64,000 bases of DNA from Nitrospiraceae bacterium (GCA_050246315.1 JBFWWG010000013.1:1-64000); one strand, 5' to 3'; counted from the first letter of the stretch, positions 1-10,678 are shown. A program made the numbers and translations. Notes: generated by a model not told the origin, from the sequence alone.

Positions 1-140
1 AAACGCGTGCTGTCTCATCGGAAGTCCTCCTTACGCGCCATGGCGATGCGATGCACCATCATACTCACGAAAGAGGACATGTACTGACACCTGACAACCA
101 TCATACAGGTCTCAGCACGATCGGAAATCACCAGGATCGT

Positions 141-204
141 CAATGAGCGCTCCGTTCGTCCTGATGACCTCGACGGGCGAACGGAAGGTTTTTCCGCAGC
201 CTGT
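141..204. repeat. Degenerate REP-like hairpin plus right end of the GCAGG(A/C)TG-type dispersed element
   Basis: CCGTTCG...CGAACGG inverted arms followed by TTTTTCCGCAGCCTG, matching the terminus TTTTTCCACAGCCTGC at 47177-47192. Confidence 0.55.
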
Positions 205-224
205 TAAATGATGAAGGAGGACAT

Positions 225-467
225 ATGAGCCCCGAGGTCAAGACGACAAGCAAAAAGGTGGTCAAGAAGGCGGCCGAGACCTCTGGCACGAAGGCAGGTC
301 TCACTGGGACTCAGCCCATCGAGCTGCCGGAGGGAATGTGGGAGCGGATCAGTAGCAAGGCCCACGAACTCTGGGAGCAGCGTGGTCGCCGGGAAGGCTA
401 TGCGCTAGAAGATTGGCTGGAGGCCGAGACGAGCGTGATGGAAGAAATCCATGAAGCTCGCGAGTGA
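225..467 (+). CDS. DUF2934 domain small protein
   Basis: AAGGAGG SD; motif ERISSKAHELWEQRGRREGYALEDWLEAE typical of DUF2934. Confidence 0.8.
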   Translation: MSPEVKTTSKKVVKKAAETSGTKAGLTGTQPIELPEGMWERISSKAHELWEQRGRREGYALEDWLEAETSVMEEIHEARE

Positions 468-1830
468 GTTGACGGCGGGAGTCTGGACCGAGGTTCCCGG
501 TTCGTTGGATGCCTTGTTAAGCCGGCTCGATGTCCTGGCACGGGCGCCTGGATTCGGACTCCAGCGGGAACTGGCCCTGAACGAGGCGCTTCGCCCCTAC
601 GTGCAGCGCCGCGAAGGTTCGGTGCTGGCTCCCTTACCGCAGGAGGTGCAGCTCGCGAACCTCTCTCTCTATGCCGACTACTATCCGCAAGACGGTCAGT
701 TGACGCTGATCGAACAATTGCGGGATGTGGTCACTGAGCATATCCCTGAGGAGGAGCGGGTCTGGCTGGACCCGCTGAAACACTCCTTCGTCGATCTCCT
801 CGAAATCGTGCAGGTTGAAGCCATCGATTCGACCGTGCGCCTCATGCTCCGCTCGTTGGGAGACCGGCGGGAGTGGACGGTCGTGGGGAGCGCCATACTG
901 AAAACCATTCCTGTGGGCGAGGTCCTGCTGACCCGCCTGGTCAGAGACCAAGCGGGTCAGCCGGAACAGTTTGTGATGGCCGGCTGTGCGCTCCGGCTGT
1001 CGGCCGCTGATGGCCGGAGCCTGATCGAGTCGGTTCAAGAGACCAGGCGCACGCTCGAGATGCAATCGGGCTCCTTCGCGCTCGGCGAATGGGCCGAGTT
1101 CGCGAAACGGTACGGACAGGTCTTGCTCTGGGGCTACGCCCAGGCCAGATATGACGCGCTGGTCGAGGCCGTGGTCCAGATCCGATACGTCACCCCCGAG
1201 GGCCAACCGTTTCTCTATGCCATGGCGCTCTACGAGCACCATGAGTTTCGATTCCTGTGCGACGGCATGGCCGAGTTGAAGGGATTCGATCCGGTTCAAG
1301 ACCGCACCGTCGAGAAGGGCGACAAGGGAAAGGACGGGAAACCGCCCGCAAGGACCTGGGCGTTCCGCACCCCGTCGCTGGTCGCCCGGATCACCGTTAC
1401 GCCGGTGCAGTTGATCGTGGAATGCGATGCGCCGGATCGACTCGAAAATCTCAAACACCAATTGGCCTCCACCTTCGGCTATGCCTTGCACTTTCGCGGA
1501 GAGACGACCGCGCCGCCGCCTCGGCGGGTGACCGAGGAAGAACTCGCCCACGCGGATTCGTATCAGATCGCGGTCACGCCCGATGAAGAGCGAGACCTGT
1601 TACGATCGTTCTTGGAGTCCGTCTATCTGACGTGGCCCGATGTCGCGTCGCCCGCCCTTGCCGGCCAGACTCCGCGCCATGCTGCGGCCAAGCCACAGAT
1701 GCGCACGAAGGTGGAAGGGCTCATCGGGCACCTGGAAGCCGACGATCTGGCGCGGCGGCGAACCGGTCTCGTCGGATACGACTACAACCGGTTGCGCTCC
1801 CATGTGGGTCTCTCGGAATTGTCTCCATGA
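451..1830 (+). CDS. Conserved-looking hypothetical protein with C-terminal W.D...PAL.G.TPR.A motif (MbcA/ParS/DUF2384-like C-terminal domain)
   Basis: 459-aa ORF overlapping the upstream gene; stop overlaps the fdsG start (ATGA); C-terminal WPDVASPALAGQTPRHAA. Confidence 0.7.
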   Translation: MKLASELTAGVWTEVPGSLDALLSRLDVLARAPGFGLQRELALNEALRPYVQRREGSVLAPLPQEVQLANLSLYADYYPQDGQLTLIEQLRDVVTEHIPEEERVWLDPLKHSFVDLLEIVQVEAIDSTVRLMLRSLGDRREWTVVGSAILKTIPVGEVLLTRLVRDQAGQPEQFVMAGCALRLSAADGRSLIESVQETRRTLEMQSGSFALGEWAEFAKRYGQVLLWGYAQARYDALVEAVVQIRYVTPEGQPFLYAMALYEHHEFRFLCDGMAELKGFDPVQDRTVEKGDKGKDGKPPARTWAFRTPSLVARITVTPVQLIVECDAPDRLENLKHQLASTFGYALHFRGETTAPPPRRVTEEELAHADSYQIAVTPDEERDLLRSFLESVYLTWPDVASPALAGQTPRHAAAKPQMRTKVEGLIGHLEADDLARRRTGLVGYDYNRLRSHVGLSELSP

Positions 1831-2303
1831 CCCAGTCCTCTCCGCCGATACGAGAGATCGTGATGGAATGCCGAAAGAAGGACGAGCATTCCGGCGCGAA
1901 CGGCCATATTTTGCGCTGTGCACTCGCCGTGCAAGCCGCCGTGGGCTTCGTTCCCCATCCGGCGATAGCCGAAATCGCCCGAGGTCTGGACGTCACTGAG
2001 GCCGATGTGATCGGCGTGCTTTCGTTTTATCCTGATCTGCGGATGCATCCGGCGGGACGTCACCGGATTCGCGTCTGTCTCGGAGAATCGTGCGTGGCCA
2101 ACCATGCAGGACGCGTGCTTCGAGCGCTGCAAGCGCACCTCCGCGTGGAGATCGGCGAGACGACCGCGGATGGCCAGTTCACGTTGGAGCGGGTGTATTG
2201 TGTCGGCAATTGCGCCGTCTCGCCCACGGTGCTGGTGGACGATGAGGTGCACGGGAGAGCGACGCCTCAGGACATCCCGACCCTGCTCGGAGCACGTCGC
2301 TGA
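1827..2303 (+). CDS. fdsG: NAD-dependent formate dehydrogenase gamma subunit (NuoE-like, 2Fe-2S)
   Basis: CLGESC...CVGNC 2Fe-2S motif, V.GV.SFY; ATG at 1827 in an ATGA overlap. Confidence 0.85.
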   Translation: MTQSSPPIREIVMECRKKDEHSGANGHILRCALAVQAAVGFVPHPAIAEIARGLDVTEADVIGVLSFYPDLRMHPAGRHRIRVCLGESCVANHAGRVLRALQAHLRVEIGETTADGQFTLERVYCVGNCAVSPTVLVDDEVHGRATPQDIPTLLGARR

Positions 2304-2316
2304 CCCAACGCCAACA

Positions 2317-3804
2317 ATGGTCAAGCTGTACATCCCCAACGATACGTCGGCTCTGGCCGCCGGCGCGGAGCGTGTGGCCTCGGCCTGGCGCGACCGTCCG
2401 GACATCGACATTGTCAGGACCTCCTCGCGTGGAGCCTTCTTTTTGGAGCCGATGGTGGAGCGCGATTCTCCCGAGGGACGAATCGCCTGGTTTAATGTTG
2501 GTCCGGACGATCTCGACAGAATTCTGGCCGGTGAAGGAGCCACTCCCGTCTCTGCCATTCCGTACCTCAGCCAACAGCAGCGATATACCTTCTCACATTT
2601 CGGACTGACGCGGCCGCTCTCGATCGGCGACTATGAGGCTCACCAGGGTTGGGCCGGGCTCGATCGAGCGCGGTCGATTTCGCCCGAGGCCATTATCGAC
2701 GAGATTCGCATTTCAGGTCTGCGGGGGCGAGGTGGCGCTGCCTTCCCCGTGTGGCGCAAATGGTCTGCGGCGCAATCCACGTCCTCGGACGTGAAATATG
2801 TGGTGGCCAACGCCGACGAAGGCGATGCGGGAACCTACTGCGATCGCATGATCATGGAAGGCGATCCCTTTCGGCTGATCGAAGGCCTGTTGATCTGCGC
2901 CACCGCGATCGGTGCGGGTGCCGCCTACATCTATTGTCGTCGCGAATATCCCGGTGCCGCTCGCACGCTCACCCAGGCCATTGCGATCGCGCGCGAAGCC
3001 GGACGGCTTGAGGTCCATGCACGCCCGTTTACGATCGAGGTCTATCGCGGAGCCGGATCCTATGTGTGCGGGGAAGAGACGGCCTTGCTGCAATCCTTGG
3101 AAGGGAAACGCGGAGAGGTCCAGGTCAAGCCGCCTTATCCGGCAGTCTCCGGACTGCACCGCCGTCCGACTGTCGTGAGCAACGTGTTGACGTTCGCCAC
3201 GATCCCGACAATCCTGGCATCCGGGGGAGCGTGGCATGCATCGCTGGGAACGGAACAGTCGCGCGGCACGGCCGTCCTGCAACTCGGGGGGCGTGTGAAA
3301 CAGCCGGGTCTGGTCGAGATTCCTTTCGGAGCCACCTTACGAGAGGTGCTCGATCGGTTCGGAGGAGGGATGGCGCCAGGCGCCACGTTGAAGGCGGTAC
3401 AGGTCGGCGGCCCGTTGGGCAGCCTCTTTCCGGAATCCGAGCTGGACGTTCCGATTTGTTACCACGAATTTGCCAAGCGGGATGCGATCCTCGGTCACGG
3501 CGGGATCGTGGTCTACGACAGCGAGACCGACATGGTCGAGCTGGCGCGGCATTTTATGGCGTTTACTGCGGACGAATCCTGCGGGAAATGCACGCCTTGT
3601 CGTGTCGGGTCGGTGCGTGGCCGGGAAATTCTGGAACGCATTCAGAGCGGACAAGGGACGAGAGCGGATCTGGACCTCTTGCGGGATCTGGGCGACACGA
3701 TGAAGGCCGCGAGCCTCTGTGCGTTGGGGGGGCGCGCACCCTATCCGGTCTTGACGGCCATGGAGTATTTCGATTCCGAATTTGCTGCGAGGTTGAGGGC
3801 GTGA
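2317..3804 (+). CDS. fdsB: NAD-dependent formate dehydrogenase beta subunit (NuoF-like, FMN/NAD, 4Fe-4S)
   Basis: GLRGRGGAAFP, NADEGDAGTYCDR, GAGSYVCGEET, ESCGKCTPCR..SLC motifs. Confidence 0.9.
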   Translation: MVKLYIPNDTSALAAGAERVASAWRDRPDIDIVRTSSRGAFFLEPMVERDSPEGRIAWFNVGPDDLDRILAGEGATPVSAIPYLSQQQRYTFSHFGLTRPLSIGDYEAHQGWAGLDRARSISPEAIIDEIRISGLRGRGGAAFPVWRKWSAAQSTSSDVKYVVANADEGDAGTYCDRMIMEGDPFRLIEGLLICATAIGAGAAYIYCRREYPGAARTLTQAIAIAREAGRLEVHARPFTIEVYRGAGSYVCGEETALLQSLEGKRGEVQVKPPYPAVSGLHRRPTVVSNVLTFATIPTILASGGAWHASLGTEQSRGTAVLQLGGRVKQPGLVEIPFGATLREVLDRFGGGMAPGATLKAVQVGGPLGSLFPESELDVPICYHEFAKRDAILGHGGIVVYDSETDMVELARHFMAFTADESCGKCTPCRVGSVRGREILERIQSGQGTRADLDLLRDLGDTMKAASLCALGGRAPYPVLTAMEYFDSEFAARLRA

Positions 3805-6536
3805 GCGCGGTGGAACAATTCATTCATGGCACGATCGACGGGCGTCCCATTGAGGCGGCGCCCGGAGAAACGATCTATCAAGCCGCGCGACGCGCCGGGG
3901 TGACGATTCCGAGCCTCTGTGCATCGGCTCACCTCGCTCCGTTCGGGTCTTGTCGCCTCTGCCTCTGTGAAGTGGAAGGACAGGCGGAAACCCCCGCTTC
4001 GTGCACGACGCCGATGCGGGAGGGTATGGTCGTGCGAACACAAAGCGAGCGGCTCCGGACGCTGCGGCGCAACATCGTGGAATTGTATCTCTCCGAGCGA
4101 ATCGGAACGGAAACGAGATCGGCCGCGTTGCTCACGTTGGCGGACCAATTGGGACTGCGACAGGTGCGATATCCGGCGGCTGTCCCACGACAGCCCGTGC
4201 GAGACGAGTCCAATCCGTTTTTCAGCTTCGACAATCTGGCCTGCATTTCATGCGCGCGCTGCGTGCGGGTCTGTGACGAGGTGCAAGGCACCTTCGCCCT
4301 GACCATGCTCGGGCGTGGGTATGGGTCGCGACCTGCGGCGGGGGATGGACGCGGCTTCGACAGCTCCAATTGTGTTTCTTGCGGGGCCTGTGTGAAGGAA
4401 TGTCCCACGGGAGCGTTGGAGGAGAAGAGCGTCGCGGTATTCGGCCGACCGACGCAGTGGACGCGCACCACTTGCGCCTATTGCGGCGTGGGATGCGCCT
4501 TCGACGCCGGCACTCGCGACGGTCGAGTGGTGAGCCTGGTTCCCGCGGACGACGCGCCCTCCAATCACGGTCATGCCTGCATGAAGGGCCGGTTCGGCTG
4601 GACCTACATCTATGCGGAGGATCGGCTCCGCCTGCCTCGCCGGCGGCGAGGCTCGCATTGGGAAGACATCTCCTGGGATGCGGCATTGGATCTTATCGCT
4701 TCCGAGTTCGATCGGATCCGGTCCTTGCACGGGGCGGACGCCATTGCCACGATTTCATCGAGCCGAGGGACGAACGAAGAAAACTATCTGTTTGCGAAGT
4801 TCATGCGCTGTGTCATCGGCACCAACCACATCGACAACTGTGCCAGGGTCTGTCACAGCGCCACGGTGACGGGCATGATGGAGACGCTGGGAGCGTCCGC
4901 GGCCACCAATTCGCTTCAGGACCTGGACGAGACCAAGCTCATGATGGTGGTGGGAGCCAATCCGACCGAATCGCATCCGGTGGTCGGCGCACGGATCAAA
5001 CAACGGCAGCGGCGAGGTGTGCCGTTGATCGTGATCGATCCTCGCCGAACGGAACTGGCCAGGCTCGCCGATCTCCACCTGCAACTGAGACCCGGAACAA
5101 ACGTGGCCCTCCTCAATGCCATCGGGCAGGTGTGCGCGAAAGAGGGATGGCTCGACCACGCCTTCATTGCCGATCGAACCGATGGATATGATGAATGGCT
5201 CAAGACCGTCGAGGCGACGTCTCTCGATGAAGCGGAGCGGATCACCGGCGTGCCCGCGACCGCGATTCGGGAAGCAGCCCGGCGGTATGCGACGAGCGGG
5301 GCGTCGTTGTCTATGCATGGTTTGGGGGTCACGGAACATCGATGGGGAAGCCACGGGGTGATCGCGCTGGTGAACCTCGCCCTTGCGACAGGCAATGTCG
5401 GGCGCCCCGGCACCGGTATCAATCCGCTGCGTGGCCAAAACAACGTGCAGGGCGCATCGGACATGGGATGCCTCCCGACCTATTTTGCGGGGTATCAGCC
5501 CTTCGACGATCCGGCGCTTGCGGCGCGTCACCTCGAACTCACCGGCCGGCCGTTACCGACGAAGCGCGGGATGAAAACTCCCGACATGTGGGATGCTGCG
5601 ATCGAAGGACGTCTGAAAGCGCTGTGGATCATCGGATACGATGTCGCCCAGACCGATCCGAATCTGAACAAGGTCCGACAGGCGCTCGGAAATCTGGAAT
5701 GGCTCGTCGTCCAGGATCTGTTCATGAGCGAAACAGCGAAGCTCGCCCATCTGGTGATTCCCGGGGCGGCGTTTCTTGAGAAGGATGGGACGTTCACCAA
5801 CCTGGAGCGACGGATCCAGCGTATCCGCAAAGTCGTCGAGCCGCCTGCCGGGGTGTTGCCGGATTGGCAAGTCGTCTGCGAGGTCTCGCACCGCATGGGA
5901 TATCCCATGCGGTATGGTCATCCATCGGAGATCATGGACGAGATTGCCATGCTGACGCCCTCCATGGCGGGTGTTGCCTACGGGCGATTGGAATCGTCCG
6001 GGGGGCTGCAATGGCCCGTCTTGTCCGGTGATCATCCCGGAACCTCGCTCATGCACGGAGAACGGTTTCCGAAAGGACGGGCGAGGTTCGTGGCAGTGGA
6101 TTACTTGCCTCCCGGTGAGATCCCGGATGCGGCCTATCCGTTCCTGTTGATCACCGGCCGGATCTTGCAGCACTATGGGTGTGGAGCCCAGAGTCGGAGG
6201 ACGGACATTCTGCGCTGTGTGAATACGGATGTGCTGGAAATGCATCCACGGGATGCCGAAAGTCTGCGCATCGCCGAAGGAGAATTCGTCCGCATGGTCA
6301 GCGCCCGTGGTCAGGCCATTATTCCGGTGACACTCAGCGAACGCGTGCAGCCGGGTCAACTGTTCACCAGTTTTCACTTTCCATCGACCGGCGTCAACGT
6401 CCTCTTGTCGTCGAGTGCCGATGAGAGCTCCAAGTGTCCCGAGTACAAAGTGTCGGCCGTCCGGATCGAACGGCTCTCGGACGCCGAGACGGCTGCGCAT
6501 GCCGGCGACCCGGCTCGGGCTCGGTTAGTCGTGTGA
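3801..6536 (+). CDS. fdsA: Formate dehydrogenase alpha subunit (bis-MGD, Cys ligand)
   Basis: GTG start in a GTGA overlap; N-terminal 2Fe-2S, two CxxCxxCxxxC, CAYCGVGC..C, DNCARVCH, PLRGQNNVQG, PEYK C-terminus. Confidence 0.93.
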   Translation: MSAVEQFIHGTIDGRPIEAAPGETIYQAARRAGVTIPSLCASAHLAPFGSCRLCLCEVEGQAETPASCTTPMREGMVVRTQSERLRTLRRNIVELYLSERIGTETRSAALLTLADQLGLRQVRYPAAVPRQPVRDESNPFFSFDNLACISCARCVRVCDEVQGTFALTMLGRGYGSRPAAGDGRGFDSSNCVSCGACVKECPTGALEEKSVAVFGRPTQWTRTTCAYCGVGCAFDAGTRDGRVVSLVPADDAPSNHGHACMKGRFGWTYIYAEDRLRLPRRRRGSHWEDISWDAALDLIASEFDRIRSLHGADAIATISSSRGTNEENYLFAKFMRCVIGTNHIDNCARVCHSATVTGMMETLGASAATNSLQDLDETKLMMVVGANPTESHPVVGARIKQRQRRGVPLIVIDPRRTELARLADLHLQLRPGTNVALLNAIGQVCAKEGWLDHAFIADRTDGYDEWLKTVEATSLDEAERITGVPATAIREAARRYATSGASLSMHGLGVTEHRWGSHGVIALVNLALATGNVGRPGTGINPLRGQNNVQGASDMGCLPTYFAGYQPFDDPALAARHLELTGRPLPTKRGMKTPDMWDAAIEGRLKALWIIGYDVAQTDPNLNKVRQALGNLEWLVVQDLFMSETAKLAHLVIPGAAFLEKDGTFTNLERRIQRIRKVVEPPAGVLPDWQVVCEVSHRMGYPMRYGHPSEIMDEIAMLTPSMAGVAYGRLESSGGLQWPVLSGDHPGTSLMHGERFPKGRARFVAVDYLPPGEIPDAAYPFLLITGRILQHYGCGAQSRRTDILRCVNTDVLEMHPRDAESLRIAEGEFVRMVSARGQAIIPVTLSERVQPGQLFTSFHFPSTGVNVLLSSSADESSKCPEYKVSAVRIERLSDAETAAHAGDPARARLVV

Positions 6537-6748
6537 TGCCGTCAGTCCGCTGTCGCCTCCGTTTCGCCGTTCGCCACTTGCCGGACGTGTTCGGGAGGTC
6601 GGGCCTGACAAGGCAGTCGCCATCTTGGCGAGGCGCGACCAGGCATGCTGCCTCTGGGACATGTACGGCTCTTGTCGCAGCCTCACATCGAGGGCTTCAA
6701 CCAGGGATGTCGGCCTGACGGTACGAGCCGGCGTCGGAAAGGGATGCA

Positions 6749-7600
6749 ATGAAGATTGTGGTGGCGGTCGATGGGTCGAAATACGGTCGCTGGGCAATGG
6801 ACTGGGTTGCGCGGCTCCCCCTGGTCGACGTGAAGAAGGTGACGGCGCTGCATGTGGTGGACCTCACTTCGTTGAAGATGCCTCTTGTGCCGCATCCGGT
6901 GCCGGCCTGGGACGCGCCCTATGTTCGGAAGGAAACGGAACGGCTGGAGGAGCGGGCGAAACAGGTCGTGACGGAGGCGCGTGCGCGGTTCGCGTCGCTC
7001 AAGATTCAGGCGACGGTGCGCTCTGAGCACGGGCCGGTCGCCGAGACCATTCTCCAGCAGGCGAGCGGAGCCGGAACGCTGACCATTATCGGAAGCCGGG
7101 GGCTCGATGCGCTGGATCGCTTCATGCTCGGCAGTGTCTCTACCAAGGTCATCCATCATGGGAAAGGTTCCGTGCTGGTCGTGCGGGAACCGGCCAAGCC
7201 GATTCGCCGGGTCGTCTATGCGACCGACGGCTCCAAAGCCTCGTTGAAAGCGCTGCGTTTTCTGCAACGGCATTTGATTCCGAAGAAGGAGAAGGGGCCC
7301 GCCATCGAGGTGGCGGTGCTCTACGCCATGCCCTTGCTGAAGTACCCGGAGCTGAAGGAGCCGGGCCATCGGCTGGTCGAGGCCGCCGCCGCCAAATTAG
7401 AACAGGCCGGCTATCTGGTCGAGCCGGTGTTTAAAATCGGCCATCCGGCGGATGAGATCATCAAATTCGCCGAGCGGCGGCAGAGCGATTTGGTTGTCAG
7501 CGGAGCGAGGGGACGCGGGGCCCTCGCGCGGTTCCTGCTCGGCAGCGTCTCCACGCGTCTCGTGCAACACAGCCATTGTTCGGTGCTCGTGGTGCGGTAG
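6749..7600 (+). CDS. Tandem-domain universal stress protein
   Basis: Two USP domains: VAVDGS...GSRG...LGSVS and YATDGS...GARG...LGSVS..CSVLVVR. Confidence 0.92.
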   Translation: MKIVVAVDGSKYGRWAMDWVARLPLVDVKKVTALHVVDLTSLKMPLVPHPVPAWDAPYVRKETERLEERAKQVVTEARARFASLKIQATVRSEHGPVAETILQQASGAGTLTIIGSRGLDALDRFMLGSVSTKVIHHGKGSVLVVREPAKPIRRVVYATDGSKASLKALRFLQRHLIPKKEKGPAIEVAVLYAMPLLKYPELKEPGHRLVEAAAAKLEQAGYLVEPVFKIGHPADEIIKFAERRQSDLVVSGARGRGALARFLLGSVSTRLVQHSHCSVLVVR

Positions 7601-8130
7601 GCTGATCGGAATGTTAGGAAGAAGATGACAAACTACTCGCTGGAGGACCGCAATGGGACCAGTTGGAAGGCAAATTCGGAAATTGATTCCTCTGCAAGAC
7701 TCAAGATTTCAGCTTTCGGACATTAGCCGATCTGGTCCGACTACAACGAGGGCGACGCTCTGCCGGCTCCGATGCCCAGATCTCACCCTGGAGCAGCCTT
7801 TCGGACCACACTGCGGCAGGCCAGCCGAACGGAAACCATGACCAGGCTTCTTCAATTTCTACCTACGCTGTCTGAGCGATAAAATATTCGCTGAGACACG
7901 CTGGAAACCTCCGGAGTTTGTCAAACAGTCGCTCCCAGTCTTTGCTGCGTGCAAGCGGCACGATCATCCAATAGAGGCGAGCGAGAACAGTCAGGTCATT
8001 GGCATCCCCTCCCTTGAACTCAAGATCCCAGTCAGGCATACCATCACTATAGAAAGCCGATAGTATGCCGGTCGTCCGTTGCACGATCGGTTGAGTGTCG
8101 GAAACAGAGCGCAATCTCACTGAGCATCTG

Positions 8131-9540
8131 ATGGCCAAGCAGGACTATGACCTCATCGTCATCGGCGGCGGGCCGGGCGGCTACCTGGCCGCGATCCGGG
8201 CGGCGCAGCTCGGCATGAAGGTGGCCTGCGTCGAGGAGCGTGAACAGCTCGGAGGCACCTGCCTTAATGTGGGCTGCATTCCTTCCAAGGCCCTGCTGAA
8301 CTCGTCGGAAAAGTTCCGGGAGGCGCAGCACTCGCTGAAGGGCTACGGGGTGACCTGTCAAGGGGTCGCGCTGGACCTGACGGCGATGATGGAACAGAAG
8401 ATCAAGGCCGTGCAGACGCTGACGGGCGGCGTGGCTCATCTCTTCCGGAAACACAAGATCGACCACGCAAGAGGACGCGGACGGCTCCTCGGGCAGCAGC
8501 AAGTCGAGGTTCGTCCATCAGAAGGATCGCCGAGTGTCCTCAAGGCGCCCGCCATTATCCTGGCAACCGGGTCTGCGCCGGTTTCACTGCCTGGATTGAA
8601 CATCGATGAAGATCGGATCGTGACCTCCACCGGCGCGTTGAGCCTGAAGGAGGTCCCCGAGCATCTCGTGGTCGTGGGCGGCGGCTACATCGGCCTCGAA
8701 CTGGGATCGGTCTGGAGCCGGCTCGGTGCCAAGGTCACCTGTGTCGAACTGCTCGGCCGGTTGGCGCTGGGAACGGACGGAGAGGTGGCGCAGCTCCTTC
8801 AAAAGGTTTTGGAACAGCAGGGCTTCACGTTCCGGTTACGCACCGGCGTGAAGGCGGCGCGTGTGATCAAGAAGGGCGTCACGCTCACGTTGGAACCGGC
8901 GGACGGCGGAAAGGACGAGCCGCTTTCCTGTAGCCATGTGCTGGTGGCGGTGGGCCGCCGACCCTACACGGAGGGGCTGGGGTTGGACAAGGCCGGTGTC
9001 ACGCTCGACAGGAAAGGATTTATCGCGATCGATGCGGAGTTCCGCACCGGCGCCGAGGGGATCTTCGCCATCGGCGATGTCGTGCGCCAACCGATGTTGG
9101 CCCACAAGGCGTATGATGAAGCCACGGCCTGTGTCGAGATCATTGCGGGTCGGAGGGGCTACGTGCATTACGACGGTATTCCGGCGGTCATCTATACCAG
9201 CCCGGAAGTGGCCGGCGTCGGACGGACCGAGGAGGAGTTGAAACAGCAGGGCAGGGGGTATCGCGCGGGGCGGTTCCCGTTCCGTGCCAACAGCCGCGCG
9301 CGTTGCACCGGCGAGTTGGATGGGTTCGTGAAGATCTTGGCCGATGCCGAGAGCGACTTGGTCCTCGGCGCCCATCTCATCGGACCGGACGCCGGGACGA
9401 TGATCCACGAGATCGTGGCGGCCATGAAGTTCGGCGCGACGGCGGAGGAACTCGGGCGGATGGCCCACGCGCATCCGACGCTCAGCGAAGCGGTGCGGGA
9501 AGCGGCGCTGGCCGTCCATGGGCGCGCATACCATGTCTAG
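8131..9540 (+). CDS. lpdA: Dihydrolipoamide dehydrogenase (E3)
   Basis: GGGPGG, GGTCLNVGCIPSK, GGGYIGLE, HAHPTLSE. Confidence 0.96.
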   Translation: MAKQDYDLIVIGGGPGGYLAAIRAAQLGMKVACVEEREQLGGTCLNVGCIPSKALLNSSEKFREAQHSLKGYGVTCQGVALDLTAMMEQKIKAVQTLTGGVAHLFRKHKIDHARGRGRLLGQQQVEVRPSEGSPSVLKAPAIILATGSAPVSLPGLNIDEDRIVTSTGALSLKEVPEHLVVVGGGYIGLELGSVWSRLGAKVTCVELLGRLALGTDGEVAQLLQKVLEQQGFTFRLRTGVKAARVIKKGVTLTLEPADGGKDEPLSCSHVLVAVGRRPYTEGLGLDKAGVTLDRKGFIAIDAEFRTGAEGIFAIGDVVRQPMLAHKAYDEATACVEIIAGRRGYVHYDGIPAVIYTSPEVAGVGRTEEELKQQGRGYRAGRFPFRANSRARCTGELDGFVKILADAESDLVLGAHLIGPDAGTMIHEIVAAMKFGATAEELGRMAHAHPTLSEAVREAALAVHGRAYHV

Positions 9541-9571
9541 TCCGTAGTCGCGGCCGAAGAAGGAGCAGGGG

Positions 9572-10678
9572 ATGCCGAAAACAACCATCAAGATTCCGGC
9601 CAAGCTCGAATACCTGTCCATCTTGGACGAACACGGCAAGGTGGATCGCAAGTTGGAGCCCAAGCTGTCCAGGGAGCTGCTGCGGACCATGCACGAGAAG
9701 ATGCTGCTCAGCCGGCGTTTCGACGAGCGGATGTTCAGTCTGCAACGGCAGGGCCGGCTCGGTACCTTCGCGCCGGTGAAGGGCCAGGAGGCGGCGCAAA
9801 TCGGCGCGGTGGCGGCACTGAACGAGTCGGACTGGATCGTGCCGGCCTTCCGCGAGGTCGCCGCCTATGTCTGGCGGGAACTTCCGCTGGAGGGCCTGCT
9901 GCTCTATAACGCCGGGTACAACGAGGGTGGCCGGGTGCCGGACGAAGCGCATGTGCTCCCGATCGCGATACCGGTCGGTTCGCAGATGCTGCATGCGGCC
10001 GGGCTCGCCTACGGGTTGAAACTCCAGAAGAAGGCTGAGATCGCGATCACGTTCTTCGGCGACGGGGCGACGTCCGAAGGCGACTTCCATGAGGCGATGA
10101 ACTTCGCCATGGTCTATGCCTGTCCGATGGTCTTCATCTGTCAGAACAACCATTATGCGATCTCGGTGCCGCGGGCCAAGCAAACGACCTCCCGCACCCT
10201 CGCGCAAAAGGCCGTTGCCTACGACATGCCCTGCATGCAGGTGGACGGGAACGATGTTCTGGCCGTGTATGTTGCGGCGAAGGAAGCGGTCGAGCGGGCG
10301 CGCACTCGTCACATCCCGACCTTGATCGAGTGCGTCACCTATCGACTCTCCGTCCATACGACGGTGGACGATCCGACCAAGTACCGAGCGCAGGAAGAAG
10401 TGAAGCAGTGGGAGAAACGCGATCCGATCCCGCGGTTCCAGCGCTATCTGAAGAGCAAGAAGATCCTGTCCGATGCCGAGATCAAAAAGACCGAAGAGCG
10501 AGTCGAGCAAACGATCGCAACAGCCGTGGAGGCCTGGCAGGGCCAGATGGCCAGGCTGACCGACCCCTCCGTCATGTTCGAGCACCTCTATGCCGAGATG
10601 CCGCCGGGGCTGCGCGCGCAGCGGGAGGCCTTCCGGGAGGATTGGGCGAGGCGGAGCAAGGAGACGGCCCATGGCTGA
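9572..10678 (+). CDS. pdhA: 2-oxoacid (pyruvate-type) dehydrogenase E1 alpha
   Basis: LQRQGRLG, GQEA, TPP motif GDGATSEGD...QNN, YR..HTT.DDP. Confidence 0.9.
   Translation: MPKTTIKIPAKLEYLSILDEHGKVDRKLEPKLSRELLRTMHEKMLLSRRFDERMFSLQRQGRLGTFAPVKGQEAAQIGAVAALNESDWIVPAFREVAAYVWRELPLEGLLLYNAGYNEGGRVPDEAHVLPIAIPVGSQMLHAAGLAYGLKLQKKAEIAITFFGDGATSEGDFHEAMNFAMVYACPMVFICQNNHYAISVPRAKQTTSRTLAQKAVAYDMPCMQVDGNDVLAVYVAAKEAVERARTRHIPTLIECVTYRLSVHTTVDDPTKYRAQEEVKQWEKRDPIPRFQRYLKSKKILSDAEIKKTEERVEQTIATAVEAWQGQMARLTDPSVMFEHLYAEMPPGLRAQREAFREDWARRSKETAHG

Noticed and set aside
4851..4853. Possible selenocysteine in FdsA
   Set aside because: The active-site codon is TGT (Cys) in RVCH and there is no in-frame TGA.
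7601..8130. Short ORFs between the USP gene and lpdA (7653-7841 plus, 7863-8039 minus) and a GTTAGGA box
   Set aside because: No recognisable motifs or complete att site; at most gene remnants.
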